Notes: generated by a model not told the origin, from the sequence alone. 64,000 bases of DNA from Roseburia sp. (GCA_023664265.1 JAMPFV010000002.1:27223-91222), one strand, 5' to 3'; shown: positions 27,131 to 36,625, numbered from the stretch's first letter. Program-made: numbers and translations.

Positions 27131-27461
27131 CCGCTTTATGCTGTGTATGCTGCTCTCGGTGACGATAGCTGCCGTCTCGCAGATCTTATTAAAAAAAAGC
27201 GCGCTGCGCCGGTATTCCTCCGCCCTGCGTGAATATCTGAATCCTTATGTGATTGGCGGTTACGGGCTTCTTTTTCTCTCCATGCTTCTGACGGTATATG
27301 CTTATAGCGGGATGGATTACAAGAACGGGCCGGTGATAGAGTCGCTGGGAAATGTGCTGGTGCTTCTTCTGAGCTTTGTCTTTTTCCGGGAGCGGATAAG
27401 CGCGAGAAAGCTGCTCGGAATCGCGTTCATTATGGCGGGAACGCTGGTATTTTATGCATAG
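27123..27461 (+). CDS. Small 4-TM DMT/SMR-like transporter subunit (ArnE-like)
   Basis: 112 aa. Overlaps the previous gene by 8 nt. Ends LLGIAFIMAGTLVFY. Paired small subunits are typical of ArnE/ArnF-type lipid-linked sugar flippases. Confidence 0.6.
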   Translation: MLNRFMLCMLLSVTIAAVSQILLKKSALRRYSSALREYLNPYVIGGYGLLFLSMLLTVYAYSGMDYKNGPVIESLGNVLVLLLSFVFFRERISARKLLGIAFIMAGTLVFYA

Positions 27462-27689
27462 CGTTCCATATATTGTATGCAATCTGAGGGTTGAGATAAT
27501 GCATAAAGTCCGGTATGATTGATACTGTCGAACCGAGCGGCTGTCCCGGGGCGTCAATGGCACTGATATATAGATTGAAAAATAAGCCTGACAGCTCATT
27601 TTTTAATCTGATGGCAGCCTCTTTGCGACAAGTTGCTCAGAAATGGAGATTAATATGGAAGAGGAGGAAGTCGGAAGGACAGAAATCAT

Positions 27690-30600
27690 ATGAAAAAAAG
27701 AAAAGCATTTGGATTGTACGGCACGAATAAGAGAAAAACAGCCAAGAGAGCTGATAAGTATACAGAGGAATTTTACGAGACCTATGAGGAAGCCGATTAC
27801 GCGGAGGAAGAGTTTGCCGAGGAGTATGCGGACGGGGAATACGGCTGCGAGGAAACCGTCTATACAGAATCGGGCTATGCGGAGGAGTTTACGGATGAGT
27901 ACGCGGACGGGGAATACGAGGGCGTAACGTTTGCGGATGACGACTGTGAGGAGGAATATGAAGGCGCCGTCGATACGGACTCTGATTATTATACGGAATC
28001 GGGCTATGCGGAGGAGTTTGCCGATGAGTACGCGGACGGAGAGTACGAGGGCGTAACGTTTGCGGACGACGACTGTGAGGAGGAATATGAAGGCGCCGTC
28101 GATACAGAACCGTATACGGACGCATTATATGAAAATGCTGATGATACAGGCTCTGATTATTATACGGAAACCGGCGGCGCGGAGGAGTATGCCGAAGGGT
28201 ATACGGACGGAGCATATGAGGACACGGGAGATACCCAAGAACTCTCGGGGGAATACGCATCCGAGGAATGCATACCCGAGGAATACGCATCTGAGGAATA
28301 CATACCCGAGGAATACGCATCTGAGGAATACATACCCGAGGAATATGCATCTGAGGAATACATACCCGAGGAATATGCATCTGAGGAATACATACCCGAG
28401 GAATATGCATCTGAAGAATACGTATCTGAGGAATATGAATCCGGAGAGTACACACAGAATGCTTATGCGGAGGAGGTTTCCGGGACCGGTGGAGCGTATA
28501 CGGACGACTATGAGGACGGATATGACGGTATGGACGATGAGACCGGTTATGAAAATGAGACCGGTTATGGAAATGAGACCGGCTATGAGAATGCGTATGA
28601 GGACGCTGAGAATTCCTTTGAGACGGCTTACGGGGATTCGGACGCGCCGGATATGTATGACATGTACGAGGAGGATGAGGTGGCGTTCGGCCCGGAGCTG
28701 CGTGGCGGCTTTGGCGAGCGGCTGAGGGAGTGGTTTTCCAATATGACCGCGTTTGACGTTATCCTTGCGTCCACGGGGGTTCTGCTTCTTGTGGCGGTTG
28801 CGGTGGCCGGCAGCATGTATTTGGAGACAAAGCGGGTGAATGAACGGATTGAGGCGCTTGTGCCGATGGGAGAGGAGCTTGCGGAAATCGGCATCGTCGG
28901 GGAGGATGGTCTGGTGGCCATGACGAACTCGGCGTTGTCCGGACAGTTCGCGGCGGAGCTTGAGAGCGAGACGGTTTCCTCCATCGTTGACGCGGGGGAA
29001 GAGAGCAATGCGCCTGAGGCCGTAAGCGATAAGGTGAATGTGAATTTTACCTCCGTGGAGAAAGATTTGAAAATCCGTTTCACGGATGCGAACACCGGCG
29101 AGCTGATTACGGGCACAGCGTTCGAGGTGGTGCTGACCAACGCAAAGGGAAAGAAGCTGGTGCTTACGGATGATGATATGGACGGCATCATCTATGCGCA
29201 GAATGTGAACCCGGGGAAGTTTGACGTGGTAATCACATCCACCGACAAATATAAGTTCCCCACGCTTGCGCAGCAGGTTACCGTAAAGGATAAGGTCGAG
29301 TACGTCGTTATCCGCGACGTGCAGGATGAGGTTAAGAAGGAATCTCAGGTGAATGTGGCGGCTGAGGATACGCAGAAGCAGGATGCGCAGAAGGAGGAGG
29401 AGCAGATTACGGATACCGTGGAGTGGGTGGAGTCCACTCAGACGCTGCTCAGCGGCACGGAGTCGTATCTGGCCGTCGATAAGAACACCATAGAGGATCC
29501 CTCCAAGACGGCGCGGGCGGCGGCGCGTATGCTGTTTGACACCCTGAACGTGACGCTTGACAAGACGGAGCTGTCCCTCACGGTCGGAAGCAGCGCGGAT
29601 TTGGCCGGGACGAAATTTACCGATTCGACAGAGGGCGATATCACGTATAAATATAAGACGGAGTGGAAATCCTCTAATGAGAGCGTTGCGACGGTAAGCG
29701 ATGGGAAGGTTACCGCGAAATCGGCGGGAACCGCGGAGATCACATACACCGTGACGAGAACGACAATCACGACCGTGACGGAGGAGGGGACACCCAAAAC
29801 AAGCACGGAAACGGAAGAGAAGACCATGTCCGAGGCCGAATTTGAGACATACAAAAAGGAGATAGAGGGTAAATCGGACGCGGAGTATCAGGTTACGGTG
29901 GAGAGCAAGGAGGCCGTGTCCGGTGAAGGAAGCGGGGAAACCGCTGACAGCGGCGCTGAAACAGCTTCCGGAGAGACAAGGTACAAATACAGGATAACCA
30001 TCACGAAGACGGAAAAGGGCGAGAGCACGACCTCCACGAAGGAAACCACCGATACCGGAAGCGCAAAATGCAAGGTTACGGTGGAGGCGGCGAAGATCAC
30101 CTCCGCCGCTCTGGAGCTTTCCAAGAGCGCGGAAAGCTGCAGTGTGGGCGGCACCCTTACGGTAAAGCCGTCAAAGCTTGTATATACCAAGGAGAATGGC
30201 ACCAAGGAGGAGGCCGCAAGTTTCCCGACCGTGACATGGAGCAGCTCGGATAAGGCGGTTGCGACCGTGGACGCGAACGGTGTGGTTACGGGCGTGAAGG
30301 AAGGAAAGGTGACGATTACCGCGACGATTTCCGGCGTCAAGGGCGCGGGGGGCAAGGAAATCCCCATCAGCGCCACGACCACGGTGACCGTCAGCGCGGC
30401 GCCCGCCCTTACCCTCAAGCTTGACCGGACGGAGGACGTTTCTCTCAACGTGGGCGGACAGACAACTCTGGTCGCTACGGTGACCAATTATAAGAGCGAT
30501 GCCGGAGTCGTCTGGGAGACCTCGGACAAGAAGATTGCAACCGTGAGCGAGGCGGGCGTTGTGACGGGCGTTGCCCCGGGAAAGGCGACGATTACCGCCA

Positions 30601-31547
30601 CCACCAAGGAGAAGGGCGCGGACGGGAATCCGTTAAAGGCAACCTGTGTCGTCACGGTAAATTCCAACGCGGCTTCGGACACGACGACAAAGCTCAAGGA
30701 TAAGAACGGCAACCAGATTTATGTCAGGGACGGCGGCAACGGCTATAAGGAGGCTGTCTATGCGGACTACTTTACCGCGTCGGAGTTCTTTATCCGGACG
30801 GAGGGGCAGTACGCCTACACAGGATGGCAGACAATCGGCGGAAAGCGGTATTATTATGACAAGAACGGCAACGCCGTGACCGGTACGCAGGTTATTCAGG
30901 GTGTCACCTACAACTTTGATTCCACAGGCGCGATTGCGACCTCGGTAAACGGAACGACGTTCGGCATTGACATTTCAAGGCATAACGGAAATATCGACTG
31001 GAACGCGGTAAAGGCCTCCGGCGTGGACTATGTGATTATCCGCTGCGGCTACCGCGGCTCTGCGACCGGCGTGCTGATTGAGGACGAGAGCTTCAAGAAG
31101 AATATCAAGGGCGCTACCGCGGCAGGCTTAAAGGTGGGAATCTATGTATTCTCGCAGGCGGTGGACGAGGTGGAGGCCGTGAAGGAGGCTTCCCTTGCGG
31201 TGAGCCTTGCCAAGGGCTATAACCTCACCTATCCGATTTTCATTGACACTGAGTCCAGCGGCGGAAGAGCTGACAAGATTGACACCGCGACCAGAACGGC
31301 AGTTGTCAACGCTTTCTGTCAGACGGTTGCGAGCGCCGGATATCAGCCGGGAATCTATGCGTCGAAGACATGGTTTGAGACGAAGCTCAACATGGGCGCA
31401 ATCGGCAATTACCGGATATGGCTGGCACAGTACGCCGCCGCGCCGAGCTACAAGGGCAGATACGATATGTGGCAGTATTCCAGCAAGGGAACCATCAGCG
31501 GGATCAGCGGAAAGGTGGACTTAAATTTGAGCTATCTCGGATATTAA
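27690..31547 (+). CDS. Membrane-anchored multidomain GH25 muramidase with a long acidic repetitive N-terminal tail
   Basis: 1285 aa. Residues 1 to about 350 are E/Y/D-rich repeats. A single TM (FDVILASTGVLLLVAVAVAGSMYL) follows. Three Big_2-like modules (VTAKSAGTAEITYTV, VTGVKEGKVTITATI, VTGVAPGKATITATT). Cell-wall-binding repeats (GWQTIGGKRYYYDKNGNAVTG). GH25 block FGIDISRHNGNIDW ... IFIDTES. Confidence 0.85.
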   Translation: MKKRKAFGLYGTNKRKTAKRADKYTEEFYETYEEADYAEEEFAEEYADGEYGCEETVYTESGYAEEFTDEYADGEYEGVTFADDDCEEEYEGAVDTDSDYYTESGYAEEFADEYADGEYEGVTFADDDCEEEYEGAVDTEPYTDALYENADDTGSDYYTETGGAEEYAEGYTDGAYEDTGDTQELSGEYASEECIPEEYASEEYIPEEYASEEYIPEEYASEEYIPEEYASEEYIPEEYASEEYVSEEYESGEYTQNAYAEEVSGTGGAYTDDYEDGYDGMDDETGYENETGYGNETGYENAYEDAENSFETAYGDSDAPDMYDMYEEDEVAFGPELRGGFGERLREWFSNMTAFDVILASTGVLLLVAVAVAGSMYLETKRVNERIEALVPMGEELAEIGIVGEDGLVAMTNSALSGQFAAELESETVSSIVDAGEESNAPEAVSDKVNVNFTSVEKDLKIRFTDANTGELITGTAFEVVLTNAKGKKLVLTDDDMDGIIYAQNVNPGKFDVVITSTDKYKFPTLAQQVTVKDKVEYVVIRDVQDEVKKESQVNVAAEDTQKQDAQKEEEQITDTVEWVESTQTLLSGTESYLAVDKNTIEDPSKTARAAARMLFDTLNVTLDKTELSLTVGSSADLAGTKFTDSTEGDITYKYKTEWKSSNESVATVSDGKVTAKSAGTAEITYTVTRTTITTVTEEGTPKTSTETEEKTMSEAEFETYKKEIEGKSDAEYQVTVESKEAVSGEGSGETADSGAETASGETRYKYRITITKTEKGESTTSTKETTDTGSAKCKVTVEAAKITSAALELSKSAESCSVGGTLTVKPSKLVYTKENGTKEEAASFPTVTWSSSDKAVATVDANGVVTGVKEGKVTITATISGVKGAGGKEIPISATTTVTVSAAPALTLKLDRTEDVSLNVGGQTTLVATVTNYKSDAGVVWETSDKKIATVSEAGVVTGVAPGKATITATTKEKGADGNPLKATCVVTVNSNAASDTTTKLKDKNGNQIYVRDGGNGYKEAVYADYFTASEFFIRTEGQYAYTGWQTIGGKRYYYDKNGNAVTGTQVIQGVTYNFDSTGAIATSVNGTTFGIDISRHNGNIDWNAVKASGVDYVIIRCGYRGSATGVLIEDESFKKNIKGATAAGLKVGIYVFSQAVDEVEAVKEASLAVSLAKGYNLTYPIFIDTESSGGRADKIDTATRTAVVNAFCQTVASAGYQPGIYASKTWFETKLNMGAIGNYRIWLAQYAAAPSYKGRYDMWQYSSKGTISGISGKVDLNLSYLGY
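27861..28106. repeat. 129-bp (43-codon) tandem repeat, two near-identical copies, with a degenerate third start near 28160
   Basis: 27861-27989 and 27990 onward both encode YTESGYAEEF.DEYADGEYEGVTFADDDCEEEYEGAVDT. Confidence 0.9.
28251..28430. repeat. 30-bp tandem repeat x6 encoding EYASEEYIPE
   Basis: Six consecutive 30-nt units (gaatacgcatctgaggaatacatacccgag and variants), read directly. A partial seventh unit follows. Confidence 0.95.
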
Positions 31548-31582
31548 CTTGCAATATTTCCCATTTCGGGATAGAATAAATA

Positions 31583-31609
31583 GGGGAAACGCTGATGGAG
31601 CGTTTCCCC
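31583..31609 (+). other. GC-rich stem-loop (10-bp stem, 7-nt loop) without a U-tract, between the GH25 gene and rmlB
   Basis: ggggaaacgc-tgatgga-gcgtttcccc, followed by ggacaattgc. Confidence 0.6.
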
Positions 31610-31641
31610 GGACAATTGCACACTGACGGAGGTAAATTTCG

Positions 31642-32718
31642 ATGAGGACCTATTTGGTAACGGGAGGCGCCGGCTTCATTGGCTCGAACTATATTCACTA
31701 TATGTTTCGGAAATATGGCGATGCGATCAAAATCATCAACGTGGACGCTCTGACCTATGCCGGAAATCTTGAGAACCTCAAGGACATTGAGGATAGAGAC
31801 AACTATGTGTTCGTGAAGGCGGACATTACGGATAAGGCGGCGATTGCGGCGGTTTTCGCTGAGAATGACATCGACAGGGTGGTTCATTTCGCGGCGGAGA
31901 GCCATGTGGACAGGAGCATTAAGAATCCGGAGGTCTTCGTGCAGACCAATGTGCTCGGAACGGCGGTGATGCTCAACTGCGCCAAGGCGGCGTGGGAGCT
32001 TCCCGACGGCAGCTTTCAGGAGGGGAAGAAGTTCCTCCATGTATCGACGGATGAGGTGTACGGTTCCCTCGAGAACGAGGGGGAGTATTTCTATGAGACG
32101 ACGCCCTACGACCCGCACAGCCCCTATTCGGCGAGCAAGGCCTCCTCGGATATGTTGGTGAAGGCGTATATGGACACCTATAAGTTCCCTGCGAATATCA
32201 CGAACTGTTCAAACAATTACGGGCCGTATCAGTTCCCGGAGAAGCTGATACCGCTGATTATCAACAACGCCCTGCAGGGCAGGAGCCTTCCGGTCTACGG
32301 GGACGGGAAGAATGTCCGCGACTGGCTGTATGTGGAGGATCACGCCAAGGCGATTGACATGGTGCAGGAGCAGGGGCGGCTGTTTGAGACCTATAACATC
32401 GGCGGGCACAACGAGAAGCAGAACATTGAAATCATCGAGATTATCATTGAGACGCTGCAGGAGCAGCTCTCAGAGGAGGACCCGAGAAAGGCGCTGGTAT
32501 CAAAGGATTTGATCACTTATGTCGCTGACAGGAAGGGACATGACAGGCGCTACGCCATCGCGCCGGACAAGATTAAGGCGGAGATTGGCTGGGAGCCGGA
32601 GACCATGTTCAAGGAGGGCATCAGGAAAACCATCCAATGGTACTTTGAGCATGAGGATTGGATGAAGAACGTCACAAGCGGCGACTATCAGAACTACTAT
32701 GCGGAGATGTACCAATAG
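31642..32718 (+). CDS. rfbB: dTDP-glucose 4,6-dehydratase
   Basis: YLVTGGAGFIGSNY, STDEVYG and PYSASKASSD. 358 aa. Confidence 0.95.
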   Translation: MRTYLVTGGAGFIGSNYIHYMFRKYGDAIKIINVDALTYAGNLENLKDIEDRDNYVFVKADITDKAAIAAVFAENDIDRVVHFAAESHVDRSIKNPEVFVQTNVLGTAVMLNCAKAAWELPDGSFQEGKKFLHVSTDEVYGSLENEGEYFYETTPYDPHSPYSASKASSDMLVKAYMDTYKFPANITNCSNNYGPYQFPEKLIPLIINNALQGRSLPVYGDGKNVRDWLYVEDHAKAIDMVQEQGRLFETYNIGGHNEKQNIEIIEIIIETLQEQLSEEDPRKALVSKDLITYVADRKGHDRRYAIAPDKIKAEIGWEPETMFKEGIRKTIQWYFEHEDWMKNVTSGDYQNYYAEMYQ

Positions 32719-32736
32719 CCATAGGACAGACTTACA

Positions 32737-32760
32737 GGGAACGTCAGACATGACGTTCCC
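32737..32760 (+). terminator. Stem-loop after rmlB (10-bp stem, 4-nt loop), weak or partial terminator
   Basis: gggaacgtca-gaca-tgacgttccc followed by gatttgg. The T7 run starts only about 20 nt further on. Confidence 0.4.
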
Positions 32761-32844
32761 GATTTGGCATTCTTCCTGAATGTTTTTTTGGGAAGATTGC
32801 GATAATCGTAGTGGCGGTTAGAAAGTAAAGAAGGAGTTTATGAC

Positions 32845-33714
32845 ATGAAAGGTATTATTTTAGCGGGAGGGTCGGGCACCCGTCTCTATCCGCTGACAAA
32901 GGCGATTTCCAAACAGATTATGCCGGTCTATGACAAGCCGATGATATATTATCCGCTCTCGACGCTGATGCTTGCGGGAATCCGGGATATTCTGATCATC
33001 TCGACCCCGAGGGACCTCCCGATATTCAGGGAGCTTTTCGGGACGGGGGAGCAGTTGGGGCTTCATATGGAGTACGCGGTTCAGGAGCAGCCCAGAGGGC
33101 TTGCGGACGCGTTTATCATCGGCGCGGAGTTTATCGGCGGCGATTCGGCGGCGCTGGTGCTCGGGGACAATATCTTCTACGGGCAGAGCTTTTCCAAGCT
33201 GCTGCAGCGGGTGGCGCAGAAGGAGAGCGGCGCGACGATTTTCGGATACTATGTCAGAGACCCCAGAGAGTACGGCGTGGTGGAGTTTGATGAGAACGGG
33301 AAGGCCATTTCCATCGAGGAGAAGCCGGAGCATCCCAAGAGCAACTACGCGGTGCCGGGACTTTATTTCTACGACAATGATGTGGTGGAGATTGCGAGGA
33401 ATGTGAAGCCGTCCGCGCGGGGCGAGATTGAGATTACGAGCATCAACAACGAGTATCTCTGTCGGGGGACGCTCACCGTCGAGACGATGGGGCGCGGCTT
33501 TGCGTGGCTGGATACGGGGAATCACGATTCCCTTTTGGACGCGGCGGATTTCGTGTGCGCGTTCCAGAAGCGGCAGGGGCTGTACATCTCCTGCATTGAG
33601 GAGATTGCGTATAAGAGAGGCTTTATCACAAGGGAGCAGCTTCTGAAGCTGGCGGAGCCCTTGATGAAGACGGAGTACGGAAAATATTTGGTAGAGGTTG
33701 CGAATGGACTCTAA
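32845..33714 (+). CDS. rfbA: Glucose-1-phosphate thymidylyltransferase
   Basis: [24 protein letters not shown] and LGDNIFYG. 289 aa. Confidence 0.95.
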   Translation: MKGIILAGGSGTRLYPLTKAISKQIMPVYDKPMIYYPLSTLMLAGIRDILIISTPRDLPIFRELFGTGEQLGLHMEYAVQEQPRGLADAFIIGAEFIGGDSAALVLGDNIFYGQSFSKLLQRVAQKESGATIFGYYVRDPREYGVVEFDENGKAISIEEKPEHPKSNYAVPGLYFYDNDVVEIARNVKPSARGEIEITSINNEYLCRGTLTVETMGRGFAWLDTGNHDSLLDAADFVCAFQKRQGLYISCIEEIAYKRGFITREQLLKLAEPLMKTEYGKYLVEVANGL

Positions 33715-35017
33715 GGGAAAGAGAATAGGCATTCTGCTTGTATTGCTGGCGGTGATGCTCGTGATGGCGGCATTGGTGGTTGTGAATTTCAGCCGGCTGA
33801 AGGGTCGTCCGCGGCAGCCTGTTCAGGAACAGAATACACAGGATTATACAGGGCGCACGATCGAGGCTGACGGCAGAGTCAGGGGCGCGGATTTGTCGGC
33901 GTTTCTGCGGGATGAGGAGTTCTTCGACGAGGTCACCGACGGCGGCGACGGTCTGCTTCAGGCTGCATATGATGAGGTGGATGAGAATGGGGAGCTTGTC
34001 CGGACGCTGACCTTGCTGGTAAGCTCCGTGGAGCGGGATATCCGCGTGAAGATTGTGGACGATAAGGGTGAGGTGGTGTCCGGTCAGGCGTTCGCGGTTC
34101 AGGTTGCGGACACGGGGGCTTACATCGACGAGGACAGGGACGGAATCATTCATATCTCCGGTATCAAGCCGGGGCAGTATCAGGTATCCCTCTCCGCGAT
34201 TGAGGGCTTTGCGGTTCCCGAGGAGCCGGCCAATGTCCGGGTGAAGTCCATTGTATCCTACACGGTGATTGACGATATCGAATACTTTGTCCATTCCGAA
34301 TCCGAGGTGGATATCCTGAAGGAGGATGCGGAGCGCGGTCACGGCGAGCTGGACGAGGAGGACGAGGACGACACGCAGTACACGGCGCTTCTGGATATGG
34401 AGGGGCGGGATAACGCGGTTGCGCTCGGCATTGACGTCTCCAAGTGGAACGGGGAGATTGACTGGGACATCGTGAAAGCTGAGGGCGTTGACTTTGCGAT
34501 TATCCGCTGCGGCTACCGCGGTTCTTCCTCCGGATGGCTGGTGGAGGATCCGTATTTCTACAAAAACATTGAGGGCGCAAGGTCGGCCGGCATCAAGGTC
34601 GGCATCTACTTCTTTACGCAGGCGGTCAGCCAAGTGGAGGCGGTGGAGGAGGCCAGTATGGTCATCTCGCTGTTGGGGGATGTCGAGCCGGATTATCCGA
34701 TTTTTATTGACACGGAGGGCGCGGGCGGCAGCGGGCGCGCTGATACGCTGGATGTCGCGACAAGGACGGCGGTTGTCAACGCTTTCTGTCAGACCATTCA
34801 GAACGCGGGACTGGAGGCCGGCGTCTATGCGAGCAGGAATTGGTATTACAATAATCTGGCGCTGGATGAGACCTACAGCCATAAGATCTGGCTTGCGGAA
34901 TATCGTCAGACGCCCGAGTATACGGGAAGATATGACATGTGGCAGTACACCTCCGGAGGCTCGGTGGCCGGCATTGAGGGGCGCGTTGATCTGAATGTCA
35001 GCTATTTGGGCTATTAG
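33704..35017 (+). CDS. Membrane-anchored GH25 muramidase, short paralog of 27690-31547
   Basis: N-terminal [22 protein letters not shown]. Prealbumin-like module ([22 protein letters not shown]...[12 protein letters not shown]). GH25 block [14 protein letters not shown] ... IFIDTEG. Ends [12 protein letters not shown] versus GKVDLNLSYLGY in the large paralog. Starts at ATG 33704 or TTG 33698 and overlaps the rfbA stop. Confidence 0.85.
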   Translation: MDSKGKRIGILLVLLAVMLVMAALVVVNFSRLKGRPRQPVQEQNTQDYTGRTIEADGRVRGADLSAFLRDEEFFDEVTDGGDGLLQAAYDEVDENGELVRTLTLLVSSVERDIRVKIVDDKGEVVSGQAFAVQVADTGAYIDEDRDGIIHISGIKPGQYQVSLSAIEGFAVPEEPANVRVKSIVSYTVIDDIEYFVHSESEVDILKEDAERGHGELDEEDEDDTQYTALLDMEGRDNAVALGIDVSKWNGEIDWDIVKAEGVDFAIIRCGYRGSSSGWLVEDPYFYKNIEGARSAGIKVGIYFFTQAVSQVEAVEEASMVISLLGDVEPDYPIFIDTEGAGGSGRADTLDVATRTAVVNAFCQTIQNAGLEAGVYASRNWYYNNLALDETYSHKIWLAEYRQTPEYTGRYDMWQYTSGGSVAGIEGRVDLNVSYLGY

Positions 35018-35065
35018 GGGAACGGCGCACGGAATCACGATAAAACAGGAAAGGATTTAGCGGAA

Positions 35066-35617
35066 ATGGGAAAGATTACGGTAGAGACATGTGGGATAGA
35101 AGGACTGAAGATTATCACGCCGACGGTCTTCGGAGATAACAGAGGTTATTTTATGGAGACCTACAGCTACAGAGACTTTAAGGAGGCAGGGATTGACCAT
35201 GTGTTTGTGCAGGACAATCAATCCGCGTCCAAGAAAGGCGTTCTGAGAGGATTGCATTTTCAGAAGGAGTTCCCGCAGGACAAGCTGGTGCGCGTGATCA
35301 AGGGAGAGGTGTACGACGTGGCGGTGGATCTCAGAGAGGGCTCCAAGACCTTTGGCCGGTGGTACGGGGTACTGCTCTCGGAGGAGAACAAGAAGCAGTT
35401 CTTTGTCCCGAAGAATTTTGCGCACGGCTTTCTCGTGCTTTCCGATTACGCGGAGTTCTGCTATAAATGTACGGAATTTTATCATCCGAATGACGAGGGC
35501 GGACTGCGCTGGAACGACCCGGATATCGGCGTCAAATGGCCGCTCCCCGACGGAATGGAGCCGATTCTGGCGGAGCGCGACCAAAAGTGGGGCGGTATAA
35601 AGGACTTCAAGAGGTAG
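35066..35617 (+). CDS. rfbC: dTDP-4-dehydrorhamnose 3,5-epimerase
   Basis: GDNRGYFMETY, LRGLHFQ and KLVRVIKGEVYDVAVDLR. 183 aa. Confidence 0.95.
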   Translation: MGKITVETCGIEGLKIITPTVFGDNRGYFMETYSYRDFKEAGIDHVFVQDNQSASKKGVLRGLHFQKEFPQDKLVRVIKGEVYDVAVDLREGSKTFGRWYGVLLSEENKKQFFVPKNFAHGFLVLSDYAEFCYKCTEFYHPNDEGGLRWNDPDIGVKWPLPDGMEPILAERDQKWGGIKDFKR

Positions 35618-35623
35618 CATCGA

Positions 35624-36625
35624 ATGAGAAAGGGTTTATCCAAGACGACAATCAAGCTGTTGGTGACGGTTGCGGCGGTGATTCTGGCGGCAGTCATCGT
35701 GATCCATCACAATCCGCTCGCGGATCAGCATGAGGAAACCATAAAAAAGATCATCGCATGCCTGATGATTGTGGGGGCGATGGGGATTTTTTACCGTTTT
35801 TACGATAAGCTGGTGACGCTGCCCGTGGAGCTGTGGCAGTCGCGGCATCTGCTCTGGAAGCTTGCGAAGAACGATTTCAAGAACCGTTACGCGGGTTCCT
35901 ATCTCGGGCGCGTCTGGGCGTTTACGCAGCCGGTTGTCACGGTGCTTCTGTACTGGTTTGTCTTCGGCCATGTGATGGGGCAGGACAAGCTGGAGACGCT
36001 GGCCATCGGCGTGGAGGCCCCCTATGTGCTGTGGCTGACGGCGGGACTGGTGCCGTGGTTTTATTTCAGCGAGGCCATCAACAACGGGACGACGTCGCTT
36101 CTGGAATACAGCTATCTGGTGAAGAAGGTCGTCTTTAAAATCAGCATCATTCCGATTGTGAAGCTGATTGCGGCCTCGTTTATACACATTTTCTTCGTGT
36201 GCTTTATGCTGGTCGTATATTTTGCCTACGGGTATCGCCCGGATATTTATCTGCTGCAGTTGATTTACTATAGCTTTTGCATGTTTATGTTTGTTTTGGC
36301 GCTGAGCTACTCCACCTGCGCGATTGTCATATTCTTTCGGGATTTGACGCAGATTATCGCGATTTTCCTGCAGGTGGGGATGTGGGCGACGCCGATTCTC
36401 TGGAATATCTCCATGTTGGACGGGAATCCGGTTTTGCAGAAGATATTGAAGATTAATCCGGTATTCTACATCGTGAACGGATACAGGGACGCGATGTTTA
36501 CAAAGACCTGGTTCTGGCAGGACTTCTATTCGACCTCCTACTTTTGGATTGTCACGGTCGTGTTCTTCGGAATCGGTGCGCTGATATTCCGGCGCCTCAA
36601 GACGCATTTTGCGGACATGCTATGA
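35624..36625 (+). CDS. ABC-2 type polysaccharide/teichoic-acid export permease (Wzm/TagG-like)
   Basis: LWKLAKNDFKNRYAGSYLGRVWAFTQPVVTVLLYWFVFG followed by 6 TM segments. The N-terminal extension of about 60 aa may mean a later start. Confidence 0.85.
   Translation: MRKGLSKTTIKLLVTVAAVILAAVIVIHHNPLADQHEETIKKIIACLMIVGAMGIFYRFYDKLVTLPVELWQSRHLLWKLAKNDFKNRYAGSYLGRVWAFTQPVVTVLLYWFVFGHVMGQDKLETLAIGVEAPYVLWLTAGLVPWFYFSEAINNGTTSLLEYSYLVKKVVFKISIIPIVKLIAASFIHIFFVCFMLVVYFAYGYRPDIYLLQLIYYSFCMFMFVLALSYSTCAIVIFFRDLTQIIAIFLQVGMWATPILWNISMLDGNPVLQKILKINPVFYIVNGYRDAMFTKTWFWQDFYSTSYFWIVTVVFFGIGALIFRRLKTHFADML

Noticed and set aside
27189-27197. A homopolymeric A8 tract inside the ArnE-like gene (with A7 tracts at about 11915 and 49350) as a possible phase-variation switch.
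   Set aside because: The tracts are short and encode ordinary Lys-Lys codons. Without population-level length variation there is no support for slipped-strand regulation.
27462-27689. The 228-bp gap before the large GH25 gene, checked for a c-di-AMP (ydaO-type) riboswitch, other riboswitches or inverted repeats of an invertible promoter.
   Set aside because: I could not find the conserved ydaO-type sequence blocks or any long inverted repeats. There is only an 8-bp stem (27438-27467) spanning the upstream stop codon. A covariance-model scan would be needed to exclude a riboswitch fully.
27515-27730. A small 71-aa + strand ORF in the same gap, overlapping the start of the GH25 gene.
   Set aside because: It has no RBS and no recognisable motifs, and it overlaps the better-supported start at 27690. 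It is likely spurious.
28251-28430. A regular 30-bp repeat array that could superficially look like a CRISPR or minisatellite locus.
   Set aside because: The units are directly adjacent with no spacers, lie in frame inside the 1285-aa CDS and encode EYASEEYIPE. There are no cas genes. It is a coding tandem repeat.
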